From Zygnema circumcarinatum SAG 698-1b (Eukaryota; Plantae; Zygnematophyceae), in NCBI GenBank assembly GCA_037447605.1, contig JBBHKD010000043.1:1-12995 (forward strand): 12,995 nt of DNA. The letters are read 5' to 3'. This document shows positions 7,999-12,995 of this stretch, piece after piece. The notes beneath the pieces were generated by a model. That model worked only from the letters and a program-made list of their open reading frames with translations, searched no databases and was not told where the DNA came from. A program made the position numbers and the translations under genes. Each line of letters opens with the position of its first letter. Position 1 is the first letter of the stretch.

Positions 7999-10480
7999 AT
8001 GAAAAATGTACTGACAAGAGGAGGACAGCGAGATCTTCATGATATTATTGAAGAAGACTTGGCACCTCAAGAAGAAGAAAAGAGCGAGCGTCCGGAAATC
8101 CAGGGCGGGGATTGATTTCGAGGAAGGAGAAGAAGCGGTCGAGAGAGGCGAAGATAGGCATCACGAAGAACCCTTATCGATGCGGCACCTTGAGCAGGTC
8201 GAGTAGAATTGAAAAGCACCGCGACTTTCGTCACCAGCGGCGTAGCCACAAACTTCGGCGATACGCTGCAGGATGATCAAGCCTGCGGCCTACCCGGTAT
8301 TTATCCGCGGCGCCGTCTGCGTGAAGGAGATTCCGAACCTGAGTCCCCACAGCGGCCTGAGAGATGGGAACCCGCGGGATCTCGGTCCAGGATAACCTCT
8401 CTGCACTTGGCGGGGAGTCCCTTCAAGCCTTTACTTGGCCACTTGCTGATCCTGCAATGAGCAAGGAATCATCCGAAGACACCCTCACCTCCGACTTTCA
8501 CGACTTACCCATCCGGCAGCGAGGCGGCGGCCCGAGGAGCAAAGCGGGACGATTGCATGGGGCACTCCGGCTTCCGAACCAACTGCGAAGAAGCACACGG
8601 AAGTCAGAATCACGGGATTCCCGGCAAGATGGAAAGAAGTATTGACAAAGCGATAGCCTTGATTCACGAAAGAAGTGGTGAGGATACCCGCGAGCATCAT
8701 CACTAGAGCTTCACAGCAGCGAGGAGATCACGAGTCTTGGGCAGCGTGAGGAGAAAGCGGCGCAAAAGCGAACTGAAGGAAGGAGACGGTGGATCAAAAG
8801 CTTGCCCTTGGAGTATTTGGAAGGCGAAGGCGGATCCAGCGGAAGGCTGTCCGGCGGCACAGCGGGATATGCGTCGCCACCACGGCGAGGACACAGCTCA
8901 ACAAGCTTTGGAACAGCGTTGGATTTGAGATCCGATCAGCATGCTGGGCAAACCTGCAGAATGCTGCATTGATGGCGAGAATTTTATTTTTGAATTCCAG
9001 GCGCTTTAATGGCATAGCCATCTGATGAGGGAAACTGCGACTTTTTCGAGAGGTGCTCGGTGATTGCAGCAAGGCCATGGCGAGAAGGATCTCCACACGG
9101 ATGCGTGGCTGAAGACAACCCACGGCAGATGCCGGGCATTGTTGAAGCGAGCGGGCGGAGTGAAGGATAGAGAGAGGCAGCAGGCATATGCGACCACATT
9201 ACGCCAGGCGCTCTGGATCACGACAAGATGCGACTCTACGGCGGTTCACGAAGACGAGAATCAGTTGTTTGGTCCCTACGCTACATCACACTCGGAACAA
9301 GCGCTGCGCTGCGCAAATCCTTTGCTCAAGGCGTCAGGACGGCCACAATAGTGCGACCTCGGCCTTGCATGCTTGTGCGACGAAACCCCTTCCCACCACG
9401 TACCACCATGATCAGGCGCATCCCATTGAGCGGTGAATCACATACCAGATGATGTTTCTCGTCCGAGGGATATCCGAGGGCTCCTTGTCCCGTCGCACAC
9501 TTTCGAAGAGAAACTGCCGAGACGTCTACTTGTGTCGGATATTAATGGCCGAGATTCCGGGAAGGCGTCTGTCTTGCACGGCCACGATCATATCCGCTGG
9601 CTGCGTTGCGGACCATGGACCTGCACCTTTTACAATGAGATCACGGAACGCAGTACGTGTGTGCATCACGAGAGGAGAACTCGAAGTGAAAGGCGAAAAG
9701 GGGAAAGAGGCAAAGGCTGAGGAAGGGAGCTCACTGGGGCTCACCTTCATGGATAGCCAACAGGCTGCTCACACCACCGAGACTCAGGCTCCTTTAGCCA
9801 CGCCTCCACCTCCTTCACCCAACACACCATCACACAGCGACCACCTATCCATGTCCCCGCACCCCCCATGGACTCCCCCCTCCACAGTCCAAGAAACGTA
9901 TTGGAGTCGCTGAGAGCTGCGATCCTGTTTGCCCGTCAACGCCTTGCCGAGGTTGCGCTCGCATTTCAACGGCCTTGTCGAATCCCCATCACGCCACGAA
10001 GCGGATACTCAAAAAGCAGGATCTCCAGAATTACCGGCGCGCCAGCGAGGGCTCCACATTAGCGGCGTCTCATTACCGTCCCACACCCATTTCCTCACAC
10101 TGATATCCTTGGCAGTTCGGGCACGGCTCCGCAGTCGCCACCCACAGCCAGAAGAGCGATCCATCCCTCCCTCCGCAGGTCATCCCGCCAGGATCCCACT
10201 GCACGAGGAGAGTGAAAGATCTCAATGAAGAGGAGAAGCGGCAATGGCGCGGCAGAGCAGCGGCACGGCGGCCAAGAAAGAGGTACGTCAATCCACCCCA
10301 TACTTCCGGGCGAAACAGTTCTACCCCCAGCGGCGATGCGTCGGCCACCCGTGAGACGGCCTATCCTGATTGAACATGGTTCATCAACTCATGGGAGACA
10401 AGGCTAAGATCGGCATTACCTTGTCACAGTTGATGCAGCTTGTACCAGGTGCTGCCGCCGTAGTTCGAAAGCTAGCCGAC
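7995..10480 (+). pseudogene. gag: Gypsy gag remnant, long and highly frameshifted
   Basis: Acidic N-terminal fragments (HDIIEEDLAPQEEEKSERPE; FEEGEEAVERGED). Weak capsid-like fragments at ~8750-9330 (YATTLRQAL; RRFTK; SEQALRCA, cf. the TLEEA motif). Possible knuckle relic at ~9570-9610. NMVHQLMGDKAKIGITLSQLMQLVP at ~10373-10447 resembles the IT(L/F).QL(L/M)..P motif I recall upstream of the protease in some non-angiosperm gypsy elements. Confidence 0.55.
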
Positions 10481-10481
10481 A

Positions 10482-11819
10482 GTGCAGAGGCCACCCTGCG
10501 GCCTCCACGGTTCTATGGCATCTCTCCGGACGTCCCTCGCGGTAGATATCCACCACAGCGGCAGCGCCTCCCTCCGGACCCAGTTAAATCTCCCGCCATC
10601 CTCCTCGCGGTCGAATCCTCCTCGATCCCGCACCCAGCGTCGAATCATTGTCAATGTATGGCTCAACGGTCATCCCAGCAAAGCCATGATCGACACGGGG
10701 GCTATGCGCACAGTTCTGTCCAAGCCTGTGATGAAGGCGGCAGGGGTTAAGTTGGACAAGACACTTGAGCCCATCCCCCGATATGTGGGAGTTGAAGGGA
10801 GCTTACATGAAGGATTGGGCAGCGCCCAAGTGGTCATCAGTCTTGGCGAGATGGGAGCCACAGTGAATGCAGTCATCACGGCCGCTGAACACTATTCTAT
10901 CCTGCTGGGCTCAGATTGGCTCATCGCGATGGGAGCACAAATCGACTTTGCTACATGTCAACTGCACCTATCTGCTGGCGGGACAGACTGCTCCTTCCCC
11001 ATCATCCTCGAGTCCCTCACCACCTCCGCCTTCCCCAAGCGCCACGCCACGGCGCAGGTCTCCTACCCGGAGATCACCATGTACCATTCGGTCGGCAGCT
11101 CCCATTCTTCTTATGGATCGGCCAATTCTGATACCGATGACGAGACTCCCCCTCCTGCTCCTCCGAGTCCAGCTCTCGGTACGCCGACGGAAGAACTGTT
11201 GCCGCCAGTGATACCTACACCCACCTTTCCCCCCCATGAGACCATCAGTGATGAGGAGTGGCTGGAAATAGAGGGGCAGATGCGATTGGGGCCTGCAGTC
11301 CTCTCAGACCCGATCAAGCATTCTCAACTACGCCAAGTGCTGCGCCGAAATCACCTAGTTTTCGCACGACATTCACTCGACATCGGCAAGACTCACTTGA
11401 TTGAGCACCACATCGATACGGGGGATGCGCCTCCCGTGATGACCCTGACTCCCTACCGCTTTTCCGCCGCGCAGCAGGCCGATGTCGAACGACAGATCGA
11501 CGAGAACGTGGCTGCCGGATTGATGGAACCTGGAGAAGGGCCGTGGGCCAGCCCGGCCGTTCTGCCCCCAAAGCCGGATGGCACACTCCGCTTCTGTGGG
11601 GACTACCGAAAACTGAATGCAATAACGAAGTGGGATCCCTACACATTACCGGATGTGGACCTGATTCTCCACGGCGTCTCCCCTGATGACCGGTGGTTCT
11701 CGGCACTTGACATGCAGAAATCCTTACGGCGGATCCCCTGCGGCGAGGCGTCGGCTGCAAGGCGGGGCTTTGTTGAGGTGAGGGGTCAAGGCAGGCCCCT
11801 CGGTGCGTGTCTTCTCTGA
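10482..11819 (+). CDS. pol: Gypsy pol fragment: aspartic protease plus N-terminal reverse transcriptase; truncated, last ~16 codons probably derived from the copia B LTR
   Basis: VWLNGHPSKAMIDTGA (DTG 10692-10700) ... ILLGSDWL. DIGKTHLIEHHIDTGDAPPV..PYR; GPWASPAVLPPKPDGTLRFCGDYRKLNAITKWDPYTLP; FSALDMQK (first catalytic D at 11709). No YxDD motif before the break. The ORF start shown is not a true initiator. Confidence 0.93.
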   Translation: MQRPPCGLHGSMASLRTSLAVDIHHSGSASLRTQLNLPPSSSRSNPPRSRTQRRIIVNVWLNGHPSKAMIDTGAMRTVLSKPVMKAAGVKLDKTLEPIPRYVGVEGSLHEGLGSAQVVISLGEMGATVNAVITAAEHYSILLGSDWLIAMGAQIDFATCQLHLSAGGTDCSFPIILESLTTSAFPKRHATAQVSYPEITMYHSVGSSHSSYGSANSDTDDETPPPAPPSPALGTPTEELLPPVIPTPTFPPHETISDEEWLEIEGQMRLGPAVLSDPIKHSQLRQVLRRNHLVFARHSLDIGKTHLIEHHIDTGDAPPVMTLTPYRFSAAQQADVERQIDENVAAGLMEPGEGPWASPAVLPPKPDGTLRFCGDYRKLNAITKWDPYTLPDVDLILHGVSPDDRWFSALDMQKSLRRIPCGEASAARRGFVEVRGQGRPLGACLL

Positions 11820-12659
11820 GTGTTGTTCTCGGCCGCCATTGACCTCACAGAGTGAGCCAAGCAAGCCGAGAGGCGGTGTGTAAGAAAAGCCCGCGGTAGA
11901 AAACCTCTTCTTTATACAATGAAATACAGCAGTGACGACAAAGCTACTCCCGACTCACGGCTCTATCTCGCTCTGCTAGCGTTGCTTGCCTTGTTTGCCC
12001 ACGACTTCACACCCGGCTCGGTCGCGATGCTTGATAGGCATGAGCCTCCCCATAAGGCTTCGAGGTGATTACGGATACTAAGCTTCTCCCACATGGGCGT
12101 ACCCTTGTAACTCGCCCGGTGGCGGTCACGGCCGCCATGCAGTACATCTGAACCTAGGCTGACCGTGTCCGCCATAGCATTCTCAGTGCTTACTTAGATG
12201 CGCCTACAATGCAGAGAGTCTACACCCGCGGTGCTTGCTCTTTCGGTGGGAGAGCACACTGAGTAGTGCCTTCGGCGCGCGCTTAACTTCAGCGGGGATT
12301 TTTCACTTAGCGGCTTTACCGGTGTGCGCGAAAACTTTCAGCAGCGCCCCGCTGAAAACTCGTCCTAAGTTTGATTCCGAGTCAACATATGGCGAATATT
12401 TGTCACGTCAGCATACTCCGTTCACATTCCGATCTCGCGCTCCTTGAGTGGCGTCGCTTCATGCCGTCGTCGAAATGCGCCCAGAACATTTCGTTTGGGT
12501 TCGTCACGTCAGTACCATGATTTAACCTCTCTCCGGACTTTTGGCGTCATTGCATGCGTACATGCTTAATAAGCTTGGCGTCGCGCTTTAAGTCGAGTCC
12601 TTCATGTCTTTAGAAATTACATGTCCCAAAGCGGTTATGCGGCCTACAGCGGTACAACA
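11771..12659 (-). repeat. 3' LTR of copia B (~889 bp)
   Basis: The 12659 boundary is fixed by PPT + TGTTG on the minus strand. The 11771 boundary is inferred from TGTTG on + (minus strand ends ...CCCCTCACCTCAACA, like family A ...CCCTCCACCAACA). An alternative boundary is the TGTTG at 11821. Confidence 0.7.
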
Positions 12660-12660
12660 A

Positions 12661-12669
12661 TCCCCTCTT
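12661..12669 (-). other. Polypurine tract of copia B
   Basis: Minus strand AAGAGGGGA, T, then TGTTGTACC. Confidence 0.9.
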
Positions 12670-12674
12670 GGGGG

Positions 12675-12995
12675 CTAGGCGATAGGGTCCCGATCGAGGT
12701 GATTGTTCCTCCCGGTATCGTCCCGAAACTCCCTTAAATCGGCATATCTGCGCCCATGTCGGCCGTCATCACGAATGACACATGATCTCTCCGACATCCA
12801 CTAACTCTCTCGTGAAGTGGTCTTTGGATCTTGATATACTTGCTCTTTTCGATGAAATCTGAGGGTTCTCAATGGCCTTGTCGAAGGTGGTTGTCCGACG
12901 AGAATCTGCACCGGGAGTTGTGGTGGTCACACTCATCAAAAGAAAAGCGCCCACCGCAGCACTCACAGGCATTTGCGTGACAGCGGCCATATACT
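12675..12995 (-). pseudogene. pol: Copia B RNase H C-terminal remnant
   Basis: Minus strand (E)YMAAV at the window edge; DNH (12887-12895, the DNQ motif); AIENP; HFTRELV..GEI; ADM; TAG just before the PPT. Frameshifted. Confidence 0.85.

Larger units (their letters stand above)
7798..11770 (+). mobile_element. Ty3/gypsy LTR retrotransposon, 5' half (putative LTR end, PBS, gag, protease, start of RT), interrupted by copia B
   Basis: Retroviral-type DTG protease directly followed by a gypsy-type RT in one ORF (PR-RT order, no intervening IN). Degenerate gag-like motifs lie upstream. The left boundary is uncertain. Confidence 0.85.
11771..12995 (-). mobile_element. 3' end of a second Ty1/copia element (family B), antisense to and inserted in the gypsy RT; continues beyond the window
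   Basis: The minus strand reads RNase H tail, stop, PPT, then TGTTG...CAACA LTR. The LTR body is not alignable to family A. Confidence 0.85.

Noticed and set aside
7798-11770. DIRS/tyrosine-recombinase or LINE element
   Set aside because: A DTG aspartic protease directly upstream of a gypsy-type RT excludes these classes.
1-12995. Fungal RIP or heavy methylation-driven decay as the cause of degeneration
   Set aside because: The sequence remains GC- and CpG-rich with no visible excess of TpA or in-frame C-to-T stops; lesions are mainly small indels (judged by eye, not computed).

Overview
Eukaryotic, transposon-only window with no supportable host gene, RNA gene or CRISPR array. It reads as a nested cluster of LTR retrotransposons. 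(1) The 3' part of an LTR of Ty1/copia family A (1-385). (2) About 1 kb of non-coding DNA with a perfect 18-bp palindrome and two (AG)n tracts, possibly the left part of a Ty3/gypsy 5' LTR. (3) A structurally complete but heavily frameshifted copia family A element (~1349-7797): LTR-gag-PR-IN-RT-RH-PPT-LTR. (4) A Ty3/gypsy element on + (degenerate Met PBS ~7908, long degenerate gag, open protease-RT ORF), cut off early in RT at ~11770. (5) The 3' end of a second copia family (B) on the minus strand: RNase H tail, PPT and an ~890-bp LTR. The damage is indel-dominated, patchy and CpG-preserving, so part of the apparent decay may be long-read consensus error. A green-plant host is suggested but cannot be established. 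I see no strong evidence for a new biological system; the best leads are the palindrome, the gypsy lineage with its long gag, and motifs shared between LTR families. All alignments and coordinates were read by eye.
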